NCBI GenBank assembly: GCA_944367565.1
Contig: CALVWR010000011.1
Span: 92 to 64,091 of the forward strand
Direction: 5' to 3'
Length of the DNA stretch: 64,000 nt
Source of the DNA: an uncultured Clostridia bacterium
GTDB taxonomy: Bacteria; Bacillota; Clostridia; Christensenellales; Borkfalkiaceae
Shown piece by piece: positions 1-9,613 of this stretch (positions are counted from its first letter, which is position 1; every line of letters begins with the position of its first letter). A model generated the notes under the pieces. That model was not told the DNA's origin. It did no database searches and saw only the letters and a program-made list of their open reading frames with translations. The position numbers were made by a program, and so were the translations under genes.

Positions 1-1010
1 CAAAGGAGATCTGTATGAACTACCACCATTTTACCATAGAAGAGCGCTGTTGTCTACGAGAATACTATGTTAAAGGAAAAAGTTATAGAGAAATTGCAAA
101 ATTACTTGGCAGGAACGTAAGTTCGATATCACGGGAACTGAGGCGGAATTGTACCTTTTACAGAGATATCCCGAGATATTATCCGTATACTGCGCAAAAG
201 AAAAGCAATCTGCGCAACAGTTACCGCCACCGAGGTATGTTTTGGGAAAGAAACGTATTGGACTACATAGATGAAAAATTATCTAAAACGTGGTCGCCCG
301 AACAAATCTCCAACACGCCGTGCGGGATGAAGATGCCGTCGTTCAAGACAATATACCGTTGGATAGACGAAAGATACTTGCGTTCCACCCTGAAAAACCT
401 ACGGAGAAAAGGGAAAACCCGTAAACGCATGGGCAACGGCGGAAGGTTCACGACGGGGAAAAGCATACGCAAACGGGATAAAAGCGTATACAGCCGCAAA
501 GAGTTCGGGCATTGGGAAGCGGACACTGTGGTATCGGGGCAAGGGAAAAGCAAAGCATGCTTTGCCACGCTTGCGGAAAGAAAAACGAGATATTATATCG
601 CAATCAAGATCCCGGACAGAAAGGGAGAAACGATGGCGAAAGCGATAATTGACGCGCTTTCCAAGTTTCCCGAAGGAGCGGTAAAGACGATTACCTGCGA
701 CAGAGGCAGCGAATTTGCCTGTTGGAGAGAGATAGAAAAGGCACTGAGTTGTGATATGTACTTCGCGGATCCGTATTGCGCATGGCAGAAAGGAACGAAT
801 GAAAACTTAAACGGACTGCTCAGGGAATTTTATCCAAAGGGAAGAAACCTTTCGAGAGTGAGTCCCGCAACATTAAAAAAGAACCTGGCGTTAATCAACG
901 CCAGGCCCAAGAAAGTTTTGCATTACCAAACTCCGCAAGATTTGTTTGAATTAAATCTCTCCTACTGTTGCACTTAACTTGACAATTCATCTTGCAACTG
1001 ATTTGCGGGA
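1..1010 (+). mobile_element. IS30-family insertion sequence; left terminus lies outside the window
   Basis: Contains the complete IS30-type transposase ORF. The sequence after the stop (cttgacaattcatcttgcaactgatttgc) resembles the upstream end of the decayed copy at ~19150-19190 in inverted orientation, which suggests a terminal inverted repeat. The right boundary is approximate. Confidence 0.75.
15..977 (+). CDS. IS30 family transposase
   Basis: 320 aa. N-terminal HTH (SYREIAKLLGRNVSSISRELRRN) and a DDE catalytic region (HWEADTV ... ITCDRGSEF ... WQKGTNENLNGLLREF), both typical of IS30 transposases. Confidence 0.92.
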   Translation: MNYHHFTIEERCCLREYYVKGKSYREIAKLLGRNVSSISRELRRNCTFYRDIPRYYPYTAQKKSNLRNSYRHRGMFWERNVLDYIDEKLSKTWSPEQISNTPCGMKMPSFKTIYRWIDERYLRSTLKNLRRKGKTRKRMGNGGRFTTGKSIRKRDKSVYSRKEFGHWEADTVVSGQGKSKACFATLAERKTRYYIAIKIPDRKGETMAKAIIDALSKFPEGAVKTITCDRGSEFACWREIEKALSCDMYFADPYCAWQKGTNENLNGLLREFYPKGRNLSRVSPATLKKNLALINARPKKVLHYQTPQDLFELNLSYCCT

Positions 1011-1044
1011 AAACCGCGCGTAATGGCAAGGCAAAATCGGCGGT

Positions 1045-1785
1045 TCAGACCGACTGCGTAATATAATCGAGCGGATTGACCGTACCTGCCAGGATGCCGA
1101 AAATATTGATGTTCATGATGAAATTCGCCACGGCGGACGAAGCGAGCAGGGTTTTGAAGCCCTCGAGGAAGCTGAGCGGAAGAATTCCCACGAAAGACAG
1201 CAAAATATAGACCGTCAAAAAGCCCTGCACCGCGCCGAGAATAAAGCCGAGAAGACGGTTTGCCGCGCCGAGAACGGGAATTTTGTTTGCATTCCGGAAC
1301 AGCCGCGAAAGCAAAAAGAAAAAGATGCGTAAAAGGACATACGTCACGATCAGTCCGATCATGGCGGAAACATAGTAGGCGAACGTCGGCGCGAGAACGT
1401 CGATGACGGCGGTTTCCGGCGGCACATTGCCGTCGGAAGCGAGCTTCAGAAGAGAATTGACGATGAATTTCGGCAAAAACGAACCTGTCGCCGTGTTCTC
1501 GTCGAACGCGGACACCGGCAGATTCATGAGTTCTTCCCCGAAAATCCCCGGAAGCGACGCCGTAAAACTGCCCGTCAGCGCGTCGGTCAGCCCGAAGAGA
1601 TTGTTGAGGACGTCGGCGCACTTTCCGCACAGCACGAGCGCGAGAATAAGACTTACGATCCCTGCGAGAAACTTCAGCAGCATCGACGCAAAGCCTTTGA
1701 TAAAGCCGAAAACGGCAAACAGCAGTATGACGCCGAGAATCACGCCGCCTACGGCATAGTTCGCGGCGAGCAGCTGATCAGACAC
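1045..1785 (-). CDS. CvpA-family (colicin V production-like) integral membrane protein
   Basis: 246 aa with multiple hydrophobic helices. The N-terminus (GVILGVILLFAVFGFIKGFASMLLKFLAGIVSLILAL) resembles CvpA family openings. The family call rests on pattern recognition only. Confidence 0.5.
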   Translation of the reverse strand: MSDQLLAANYAVGGVILGVILLFAVFGFIKGFASMLLKFLAGIVSLILALVLCGKCADVLNNLFGLTDALTGSFTASLPGIFGEELMNLPVSAFDENTATGSFLPKFIVNSLLKLASDGNVPPETAVIDVLAPTFAYYVSAMIGLIVTYVLLRIFFFLLSRLFRNANKIPVLGAANRLLGFILGAVQGFLTVYILLSFVGILPLSFLEGFKTLLASSAVANFIMNINIFGILAGTVNPLDYITQSV

Positions 1786-1948
1786 GACTCTCCTCCTTCC
1801 CCGTTCAACGGGTTCTTTTTAAATATTACCATAAAAAAAATATAAATTCAACGTTTTGCGGTATAGAAAGGAAATTTTCAGGCAAATATATACCGTGTCG
1901 GAACCCGGAAAAACGGCGTTTCGCCAAAAAAAATCTGAGGTAGCCGCC

Positions 1949-2506
1949 ATGAAAACGTATACGTTCAATCTTTTTAACAATTATGCCGCGGAAGGCGTCG
2001 TGCAGGCGCTGAAAGAATACAATAAAGAAAATGCCGCGCCCATCGTCGTATGCGTGGGCAGCGATCTCGTCGTGGGAGACAGTCTGGGACCGCTTGTGGG
2101 GACCTTCCTCCGCCAGCGCAATGCCGGCGCTTATATTTACGGAACGCTCAATCAGCCCATCACGTCCAAGGAAGTGGAATATGTGAAACGGTATCTCAAA
2201 CAGCTGCACCCGAAATCCATGATCATCGCCGTGGACGCGGCGGTGGGAGAATCGGGCGACGTGGGACTCATCAAAACGGCGGATAAGGGATTAAAACCGG
2301 GACTCGGCGTCGATAAAAATCTCAGCGAGATCGGAGACGTAAGCATCATCGGCGTCGTGGCGGTAAAATCTTTTAAAAATTATCAGCTTTTCAACCTCAC
2401 GAGACTCAGCCTTATCTACCGTATGGCGGAGACCATAGCCAAGGCGATCGACGATTATACCGCGTTTTACCGCAGTGAAAATCTGCCGGAAAAAAATGCG
2501 ATCTGA
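1949..2506 (+). CDS. yyaC: Putative sporulation protein/protease YyaC
   Basis: Motifs VVCVGSDLVVGDSLGPLVG, YGTL, IIAVDAAVG and LKPGLGVDKNL...GDVSIIGVV are colinear with B. subtilis YyaC as I recall it. Start moved to the internal ATG at 1949 (MKTYTF) behind gaggt; the tracked ORF begins at 1856. Confidence 0.8.
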   Translation: MKTYTFNLFNNYAAEGVVQALKEYNKENAAPIVVCVGSDLVVGDSLGPLVGTFLRQRNAGAYIYGTLNQPITSKEVEYVKRYLKQLHPKSMIIAVDAAVGESGDVGLIKTADKGLKPGLGVDKNLSEIGDVSIIGVVAVKSFKNYQLFNLTRLSLIYRMAETIAKAIDDYTAFYRSENLPEKNAI

Positions 2507-2541
2507 AAATGCTTCATCATATTCCCCCCTTTATTATAGAA

Positions 2542-2576
2542 AAAGGACGCATACTTTACGGTATGCGTCCTTTTGC
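2542..2576. terminator. Bidirectional intrinsic terminator hairpin
   Basis: aaaggacgcatac / gtatgcgtccttt forms a 13-bp perfect stem with a 6-nt loop and is flanked by A/T runs. It lies between the convergent yyaC (+) and DUF2156-GNAT (-) genes. Confidence 0.8.
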
Positions 2577-2598
2577 GATTGCCGTCTTCTGATTCCCG

Positions 2599-3981
2599 TT
2601 ACGCGTTAAAATAATAATAGGTGTCGTCCGAACCGATCTTTTTGAATCCCGCGGACAAAAGCGCGGCTTTGGAAGGCGTGTTTTCTTTGAAGCATTTCGC
2701 TTTCACAACGCCGGCTTCCAGCACGTCCTTCGCATAGCGGATCATGGCGACGAGCGCCGCTTTTGCATAGCCCTTTCCCTGTTCGCTTTTCAGAATCCGT
2801 ATTCCCGTTTCCACGCCGCCGTGAAAATCGAAGTTGTGAAAGACCGCTTCCCCCACCAGCGCGCCGTTATGCCGTACGGCGAGGGAATATTCCTCGCATT
2901 TGTCTTTCAGCGATTGCTGGAAGGAATAAAAATAATCGGGCGTGGGCTCGGCGTTTCCCAGATCCTCTTTATAATCGTAACCCCAATACCGGTTGTTTTC
3001 GTCGTCGGTGTACAGGCGGAAAAACGCGTCCTTGTCCTCCGCCGTCAGATCGCTCAGCACCACGTTTTCTCCCACAATGATGACGGGCGGACGGATTTTT
3101 TTGAACAGACAGTTCACGATAAGATAATTCTTATTCTTGATCAGAATCGGGTGATATTGCATCTTCGACGTACGCAACCCCTCGTCGCCGGAATCGTCCT
3201 CGCGGTTGATGGTTTTCACGCCGTCGACGGCAAAGTGTTTTGCGAATTCCGAAAGCATCACCTGATACGCGCCGGGATAATCGGGCAGACCTTTTTCGAT
3301 GTGTTCGATGATCGTGTCCCCGACGCGCTCCCCTATGGCGAGGGCGACGATCTTGCCGTTTACGAGAATGAATCCCCCGAAACAGTTGTAGCGGAAAAGA
3401 TCGGTTACGAGATCGATGCTGTTCTCGAATTCCCGCTTCGCCGAACGGTTAAACGTTCTTGTCGCGGCAAATTCCTTCAGAAAAGCCAGCGCGGCGGGGA
3501 TGTCCTCGCGGGTGATTTCATGAAATTCGTACCCGCCGAAGGTTTTTAAAAATTTATTGATGTGATTGCGCTGTCCCGCATATTTTTTTCCGCGGAAAGT
3601 TTTCAGATCCTCCGCATTGTAGATGTAATCGCTCCAACGCCTGTCCGACGTGACGCATACGTTGTCAAAACGGTTGCAAAGAAGCGCGGCGGTTTCGTCG
3701 TCAAGACACATGAACCGCAGTCCCTTTCTGTTTTTCGCGTCCTCTTCGATGAAGGAAAGCGCCTTTTCCGTATTTTTTCCGATGGGATAAAAATACGCAA
3801 AGCTCTCGTCGTCGTATCCCCCGCCCATCACCAGGGTATCGTCGACGACGGTATAGTAAAATTGATAACTTTTTCTCCACATATAAAGAAAACCCATGGA
3901 AAAATCGGCAAAGCCGCTCTTCGACTGCAAAATGTAGTCTTTGATTTCCAACGGGTCGTTGAGCCGTTTCAGTTCCTGCAT
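2599..3981 (-). CDS. DUF2156 (MprF/LysX C-terminal-like) domain fused to a GNAT N-acetyltransferase domain
   Basis: 460 aa. The N-terminal ~300 aa carry FRGKKYAGQRNHINKF, typical of DUF2156. The C-terminal ~160 aa are RimJ/RimL-like GNAT (QGKGYAKAALVAMIRYA). Confidence 0.7.
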   Translation of the reverse strand: MQELKRLNDPLEIKDYILQSKSGFADFSMGFLYMWRKSYQFYYTVVDDTLVMGGGYDDESFAYFYPIGKNTEKALSFIEEDAKNRKGLRFMCLDDETAALLCNRFDNVCVTSDRRWSDYIYNAEDLKTFRGKKYAGQRNHINKFLKTFGGYEFHEITREDIPAALAFLKEFAATRTFNRSAKREFENSIDLVTDLFRYNCFGGFILVNGKIVALAIGERVGDTIIEHIEKGLPDYPGAYQVMLSEFAKHFAVDGVKTINREDDSGDEGLRTSKMQYHPILIKNKNYLIVNCLFKKIRPPVIIVGENVVLSDLTAEDKDAFFRLYTDDENNRYWGYDYKEDLGNAEPTPDYFYSFQQSLKDKCEEYSLAVRHNGALVGEAVFHNFDFHGGVETGIRILKSEQGKGYAKAALVAMIRYAKDVLEAGVVKAKCFKENTPSKAALLSAGFKKIGSDDTYYYFNA

Positions 3982-4053
3982 AACTTCTCCTTTTGTATTT
4001 TTTTGTATCGAAAGGCGCGCCTTTGGCGCGCCTTTCGTCCGATTTTACGGGGA

Positions 4054-4938
4054 TTATTCGCTCTTTTCCCCGCCGGAATCGGCGGAGATCACTTCCTTTA
4101 GGCTGGCAAACAAGCCCGCCACGTTCTGGATCTCGCTGGGAATCACCAGTTTGGTGCTCTTGCCGTTGGCAACGGACTTCAGCGCCTCATATCCCTGCAA
4201 GGTCAGATAGGCGGCGTTGGGGTTGGCGTCGTTGATCATCTTGATGGCGGTGGCGGTACCTTCCGCTTCCGCGATGACCGCCGCCTTTTTTGCTTCGGCG
4301 CGGAGGATCAATGCCTCCTTTTCGCCTTCCGCCACGAGAATGTTGGAACGCTTTTCGCCCTCCGCTTTCAGAATCGCTTCACGCCGCTCGCGTTCCGCGC
4401 GCATCTGCTTTTCCATGGCGTTCTGAATGTCCTTCGGCGGAAGGATGTTCTTCAGTTCCACACGGTTGATCTTGATGCCCCAGGGATCGGTCGCTTCGTC
4501 GAGGATCACGCGCATTTTGGAATTAACGGTGTCACGCGAAGTGAGCGTCCCGTCAAGTTCCAACTCGCCGACGAGGTTTCTCAGCGTCGTCGCCGTGAGA
4601 TTCTCGATGGCGCGGATCGGGTCCTCCACGCCGTAGGTGAAGAGTTTCGCGTCGGTTACCTGAAAATAAACGACGGTATCGATCTGCATGGTGACGTTGT
4701 CCTTCGTGATGACCGGTTGCGGCGCAAAATCCGCAACGCGTTCTTTCAGCGAAATGGGACTGCTTGCCTTTTCGATGAACGGCAGGACAAAGTGGATGCC
4801 CGTGTCGAGAATTTTGCGGAATTTACCGAGCCTTTCCACGATGACCGCGGTAGATTGTCTGACCACGCGGATGGACGCGACGATCACGATAAAGATCACG
4901 ACTGCAAGTACGATCAGAATAATTTCCAAAGGTCCCAT
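4054..4938 (-). CDS. SPFH/Band 7 (stomatin/prohibitin-like) membrane protein
   Basis: 294 aa. N-terminal TM helix, then IVERLGKFRKIL...TKDNVTMQIDTVVYFQVTD and a coiled-coil EAEGE/AEAKK-rich tail, as in QmcA/YqfA-type proteins. Confidence 0.9.
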   Translation of the reverse strand: MGPLEIILIVLAVVIFIVIVASIRVVRQSTAVIVERLGKFRKILDTGIHFVLPFIEKASSPISLKERVADFAPQPVITKDNVTMQIDTVVYFQVTDAKLFTYGVEDPIRAIENLTATTLRNLVGELELDGTLTSRDTVNSKMRVILDEATDPWGIKINRVELKNILPPKDIQNAMEKQMRAERERREAILKAEGEKRSNILVAEGEKEALILRAEAKKAAVIAEAEGTATAIKMINDANPNAAYLTLQGYEALKSVANGKSTKLVIPSEIQNVAGLFASLKEVISADSGGEKSE

Positions 4939-4954
4939 AAAAAATCTCCTTTCT

Positions 4955-5392
4955 TTACGATTTCTGCACTTTTTCCACGATCAGACGGTTTCCCGTGATC
5001 CTGACCACGCGTACCGTTTCTCCGGCGGCAATTTCTTCGCCGTCCGATTCGGTATCGGCAGTCCACACCACGTCGCCCGATTTCACGCTGCCCGCCACGT
5101 TGAAGGAAATGGGCGTCAGCAGAACGAATTCCCTTCCGACGAGGGAATCGGCGTTGGTGCTTTCTTTATTGTTGCCGAGAACTTTTAAGATCGGCTTTCT
5201 GCACAGCACCAGCAGAATTGCCGACAAGGCGATAAACGCCACGAGCTGCCAGATCAGATCCACATCGACGAGGGCGAGGATCATCGCCAGCAATCCGCCG
5301 AAGATAAACCATACCGAAACGAGGTCGGTGGTGACAAATTCGATGATGATACTGAGCGCCACGACGCCCAGCCAGATATAGACCCAGGTCAT
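4955..5392 (-). CDS. NfeD-family membrane protein, partner of the SPFH protein
   Basis: 145 aa with 3 TM helices plus a C-terminal OB-like soluble domain (GREFVLLTPI...GSVKSGDVVWTA). It lies immediately upstream of the SPFH gene in the conserved NfeD-SPFH operon arrangement. Confidence 0.8.
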   Translation of the reverse strand: MTWVYIWLGVVALSIIIEFVTTDLVSVWFIFGGLLAMILALVDVDLIWQLVAFIALSAILLVLCRKPILKVLGNNKESTNADSLVGREFVLLTPISFNVAGSVKSGDVVWTADTESDGEEIAAGETVRVVRITGNRLIVEKVQKS

Positions 5393-5470
5393 AAAACCTC
5401 CTTTTTTACCGACGTCGTCCGTCCGCCGTCGACTTCATGATAACAGAACCGCACGCTTTTGTCAATCCGT

Positions 5471-7045
5471 TCACACCCGTGACGCGCTGTTGCTCCGCGG
5501 CAGGTTGTTCGCACGGAATAAAACCGTTTTCGGCGTGCCGTTTTCCGTGAAGAAAAAGACCTGATAAAATCCGGTATCCGTACGGCAGGAAAATTCCGAA
5601 ACGTTACCGCCGTACCCCGCGCCGGAAAAGACCGTATAGTTAAAATAGGCGTTTTTGACGGTATAAATCCCGCTCTCTTCGTTGCGCGTCACGCAGTAAC
5701 AGTCAATACGGTTTGCCGCCGTGTCGGCATTGCCCCCGATAAACAGTTCCGAGCCTGCGCTGGAATGTTCTTCTCCGTCAACGGAAAACATACTCAGATA
5801 CGTCGTGTTGTCCGTCTGATAGGTGTAATACAGCAGCGACGTGCCCGAAAGCGTTCTGCCCGTCGTGTAAAACTGCTGATTTGCGCCGTCGAAAAGCAAC
5901 AATGATCCGTCCGGCGCATAGAAATCCCCGCCGAATTGCATCAGCCCGCTGCCCAGATAGGTCTTTCCGTACGTCACGGAAAGAAGGCTTCCTTTTCCGT
6001 AGACGGCAACGGGGTTATCGCTCGATGAAGAAATGCAAAAAACGATGTGATCGCCGTCGTAAAAGACCGAATCGGCGCCGGGCATCAGTTTCTGCACGTC
6101 GGTATACAGCCCCACGCTTTCGTTAAAGCACTGTAAGAGAGATGGGCCCGCGCCGACCTGCCTTTCGACGATGGGAATGCTTTTCAGAAATACATAATGC
6201 TCGGCGTACGGCGGATAAAATACGTTCTGCGCGCCGGGTTCGATGATGTAATTCGCGTCGTATTCCGCGATCTTGCCGGAGCCGACGTCGTAAGACTTCG
6301 TGACGAGTTTCATTTTCGCCGCCCCGCCCATGGCGACGGTGTAATAATCGAAATCTTTTTCGCTGTCCGCCACCGGAACGGAATACTGCGTATAGATCTT
6401 GTTTCTCAGACACCATACGGGTACGGGGTCATCGGTAAGCGGGACGCCGAGCAGATTTTCAAGGCTGATCGTCCGGAGAAAATTCCCCGCTTTATCGAAA
6501 ACCGAATGAACGAGCGGCGAGGTGCTTTCCCGTTGCAGAGCATACCCTTCCAGCGGAAAAACGGCGTCGGACTCGGTAAGAACGGGATCGAGCGATTTCT
6601 TTTTGCAGACCACGGTGCCGTCGGGCCGGACGTAAATCATCGTCTGTCCGTTGGAAGAATAATACGGATTATCCCCCGAATATGCCTCGCCGTTCAGCGT
6701 GGCGCAAAGTCCCGTCCTGCCGTAAAAGAGAAACTGTTCCCCCTTTTCCACGACGTACAGTCCGTCGGTCAGTTTTGTAAACGGAAAGTTTTCGGTATAC
6801 AGCAGCCCCGTATGCGTGGAATAAAGCGCATACCGTCCGTTGTTTTCGGCGAGAATGATTCCGAACTTATCCACGGAAGTCGGCGTATATCCGTCCAGCG
6901 CGGTAATGGAATACGCCGATAATTTTATATCCTTGGGCGCGTCGTTGATCTTGCCGGAATTGACGGCGCATGCCGACGCGCAAAAAAGCATCGTACCTGC
7001 AAGGGCGAAGGACGCCGCAACGCGGGAAATACGGTTGATTTTCAT
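5471..7045 (-). CDS. Hypothetical secreted lipoprotein
   Basis: The internal start MKINRISRVAASFALAGTMLFCASAC has a lipobox-like signal and follows aaggagg. The body is Tyr/Gly/Thr-rich and beta-propeller-like, with no family recognised. The tracked ORF extends to 7105. Confidence 0.6.
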   Translation of the reverse strand: MKINRISRVAASFALAGTMLFCASACAVNSGKINDAPKDIKLSAYSITALDGYTPTSVDKFGIILAENNGRYALYSTHTGLLYTENFPFTKLTDGLYVVEKGEQFLFYGRTGLCATLNGEAYSGDNPYYSSNGQTMIYVRPDGTVVCKKKSLDPVLTESDAVFPLEGYALQRESTSPLVHSVFDKAGNFLRTISLENLLGVPLTDDPVPVWCLRNKIYTQYSVPVADSEKDFDYYTVAMGGAAKMKLVTKSYDVGSGKIAEYDANYIIEPGAQNVFYPPYAEHYVFLKSIPIVERQVGAGPSLLQCFNESVGLYTDVQKLMPGADSVFYDGDHIVFCISSSSDNPVAVYGKGSLLSVTYGKTYLGSGLMQFGGDFYAPDGSLLLFDGANQQFYTTGRTLSGTSLLYYTYQTDNTTYLSMFSVDGEEHSSAGSELFIGGNADTAANRIDCYCVTRNEESGIYTVKNAYFNYTVFSGAGYGGNVSEFSCRTDTGFYQVFFFTENGTPKTVLFRANNLPRSNSASRV

Positions 7046-7076
7046 AGGAACCTCCTTGTGGGTCATGACGGAATTT

Positions 7077-8456
7077 CTATTCCGCATCTTCGGGTAAAGT
7101 CTCAAGCCGATCGCCGGAGCTTTTCCGATTGAAAAGAATCACGGCAGTGATCGCGCCGGCAAGAGCAAACAGACATAAAACCAACGCGGCGACGGGCGCG
7201 GCGCCGAGGCCGAATGCGGCGCCTTCGACTGTCTGCGCGGAAATCTGTGTTTTGAGCGAAACCGACAGCGCAAGAAAGACGACGGAAAGAACGACACAGA
7301 GCGATGTGAACAGAATAGGCAGGATCGCCGTGCGCTTATCGGAAAACAGCGCCTTAAGAATAAAGTAAAGCGCCAGCACGAGAAGCGCGATAAAGATCAC
7401 AAGCACGATGTATTCCGCAATGCAGGTGCTGATAAAGATCAAATCTTCCGCGGTAAGCTCCGAAGAAATACCGAAAAGAAGCAGGAACGAACTTAAAAAC
7501 GCGCCGGCGGAATAATATACCCTTGTTCCTTCGCCGGAAAGATTTAAAAACGATGTGCCGAGGATTTTCAGCGAAACGATCAGCAGAATCGCCGTTATGC
7601 CGAAGGGAATGATTTTTCTGAGATCGGCGAGGATTTTTCTGCCGTTGAGAATACATTCCATTACGATTGCCGCCGCCAGGAAGACGCAGACAAGTACGAT
7701 TTCGGCGATTGCGGGCGAGGAAATCGTGATGAGCAGATTCAGATTTTGAGTGCTTGCTGACAAGGACAGGGAAAAAAGCAGGATCGTAGGAACGATGATC
7801 GCCGCAAGCGTGGTAACCGCGACCGGAATGAGATATTTCCGCAATGAAAATTCCTTTCTGCCGATGTTCTTTGAAAAAGTTACCGTTGCAAGCGTGGCAT
7901 AAACGATATTGACGATGATGTTTGCGCCGTAAACGACGGCGATAAGGATCGAAGGCATATAAACGGCAAAGTAGGCTTCCGAATAGATTGCAATGTCAGC
8001 GCTCAACGATTCAAAAAAGATGGAAATTTCTTCCCATTGGTCGATAAGAAAAGAAAACGCCGAAGAAGTTTCCCAGTTCTTACCGTCGAGGGAAAGGCTG
8101 ACTCCCAGGAAAAAGGAAAAAATCAGCATGGCGACGATCGAGCCGAACAGCAGGCTGTTGCGGATGATCGCCAACACGCCCGCACTCCGTTGCGGCAGGG
8201 CGCGGGACTCGGCCGCCGCGCTCTCTTTGTGCTTTGCGCCGCACTGCGGACAGAAGTTTCCGAGATACGCCGTGCCGCACGAGCTGCAGACGGTTTTCCC
8301 GTCGAGCCGTATTCCGCAGAAATTGCAGTAGACGTTTTCTTCCGCATTGAGTTTGCCGCAGGAAGGACACGCGCGTTTCCCGTCGATCCGTGTGCCGCAT
8401 TTTGCGCAGAAAATCGCGTGTTCTACATTTTCCGCTCCGCAATTTTTACATTCCAT
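7077..8456 (-). CDS. Multi-zinc-ribbon N-terminal domain fused to a polytopic membrane domain
   Basis: The first ~75 aa hold four CxxC pairs in series (CKNCGA...CAKCG...CPSCG...CNFCG...CSSCG...CPQCG). These are followed by ~10 predicted TM helices. Confidence 0.65.
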   Translation of the reverse strand: MECKNCGAENVEHAIFCAKCGTRIDGKRACPSCGKLNAEENVYCNFCGIRLDGKTVCSSCGTAYLGNFCPQCGAKHKESAAAESRALPQRSAGVLAIIRNSLLFGSIVAMLIFSFFLGVSLSLDGKNWETSSAFSFLIDQWEEISIFFESLSADIAIYSEAYFAVYMPSILIAVVYGANIIVNIVYATLATVTFSKNIGRKEFSLRKYLIPVAVTTLAAIIVPTILLFSLSLSASTQNLNLLITISSPAIAEIVLVCVFLAAAIVMECILNGRKILADLRKIIPFGITAILLIVSLKILGTSFLNLSGEGTRVYYSAGAFLSSFLLLFGISSELTAEDLIFISTCIAEYIVLVIFIALLVLALYFILKALFSDKRTAILPILFTSLCVVLSVVFLALSVSLKTQISAQTVEGAAFGLGAAPVAALVLCLFALAGAITAVILFNRKSSGDRLETLPEDAE

Positions 8457-8659
8457 ATCATGTTCCCCCTCTTTTCGGTTCGGTATACCGTCCGATTCGG
8501 TTATTACCGATAGTATATCATTATTTTATTTCTGTGTCAATATGAAAATGCTTTATTTCCGTGCGGTCCACCGAGCAGACCGCATACGGCTGCGGAAAAT
8601 CCGCTTCGCAATAAAGTCGGAAGAACGCGGAAAATTCACATCGGCATAAAGCGCGCCCC

Positions 8660-8693
8660 GAAAAAACTCCAGGCGCGGCAGATGCCGCGCCTG
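8660..8693 (-). terminator. Intrinsic terminator downstream of parB
   Basis: caggcgcggc agat gccgcgcctg forms a 10-bp stem. On the minus strand it is followed by gagtttttt. Confidence 0.75.
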
Positions 8694-8696
8694 CGT

Positions 8697-9608
8697 TCAG
8701 AATTTGATTTCCGCTTTCTCCGCATATTCGATGATCGCCGCAAGTCTGTCCAGATCGTCGCGGGTATAGTAATCGATGTAGATCCTGCCTTTGTTGTCGT
8801 TTCCGATGGCGTTGACTTTCGTGCCGAGCACGCGTTGCATCGTGATGACGAGTTCCTTCAGTTCCAGCGAAAGTTCCGCTTTTTTCTTTTTCTTTTCTTC
8901 CGGCGGATTAAAATAATTTTTGACTTGCTGTTCCGCTTCCCGTACCGAACATCCGTCCTTGACGAAACGGTTCGCCATTCTGACCTGTTCTTCCGCGGGA
9001 ACCGTGATGATGGCGCGCGCGTGTCCCGACGAGAGCGCGCCCGATTCGACGAGGCGGATGACTTCCGGCGACAGCTGCAAAAGCCGCAGCGTGTTGGTGA
9101 TCGCCGGACGGGATTTGCCGATTCTGTCGGCAAGTTCGTCCTGCGTCATGCCGTAATCCTCCATCAAAGAACGCATGGCGGTCGCTTCCTCGATGGGATT
9201 CAGATCCTCTCTTTGCAGGTTCTCGATCAGCGAGATCTCCTTGATCTGCCGTTCGTTGTAATTTTTGATGATGACGGGGACCTTTTCAATGCCCGCAAGT
9301 TTGCTTGCGCGGTACCGTCTCTCCCCCGCAATGATCATGTATCCTTTGGCGTCCTGATTGACGATCAGCGGCATGATCACGCCGTGATGACGGATGGATT
9401 GCGCGAGCTCGTCGAGCGCGTCGGGATCGAATGACTTCCGCGGCTGATCGGGATTGGGGTGGATCGATGAAAGTTCCACTTCCTTTACGCTTTCTTTTCC
9501 TTTTTCTTCCGTTTCCGGTTCGTCAAAAAGAAGACTCTTTCCGTAATCTTCTTCCGTTTCCGCAAACAACGCGGAAAGTCCTTTTCCCAGACCTCTGTTG
9601 TTTTTCAT
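8697..9608 (-). CDS. parB: Chromosome partitioning protein ParB/Spo0J
   Basis: MKNNRGLGKGLSALF opening, IIAGERRYRASKLAG (the GERRxR CTP/arginine box) and HTH GMTQDELADRIGKSRPAITNTLRLL. The tracked ORF (to 9836) carries a spurious Arg-rich N-terminal extension. The ATG at 9608 fits the canonical ParB N-terminus. Confidence 0.95.
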   Translation of the reverse strand: MKNNRGLGKGLSALFAETEEDYGKSLLFDEPETEEKGKESVKEVELSSIHPNPDQPRKSFDPDALDELAQSIRHHGVIMPLIVNQDAKGYMIIAGERRYRASKLAGIEKVPVIIKNYNERQIKEISLIENLQREDLNPIEEATAMRSLMEDYGMTQDELADRIGKSRPAITNTLRLLQLSPEVIRLVESGALSSGHARAIITVPAEEQVRMANRFVKDGCSVREAEQQVKNYFNPPEEKKKKKAELSLELKELVITMQRVLGTKVNAIGNDNKGRIYIDYYTRDDLDRLAAIIEYAEKAEIKF

Positions 9609-9613
9609 AAATA

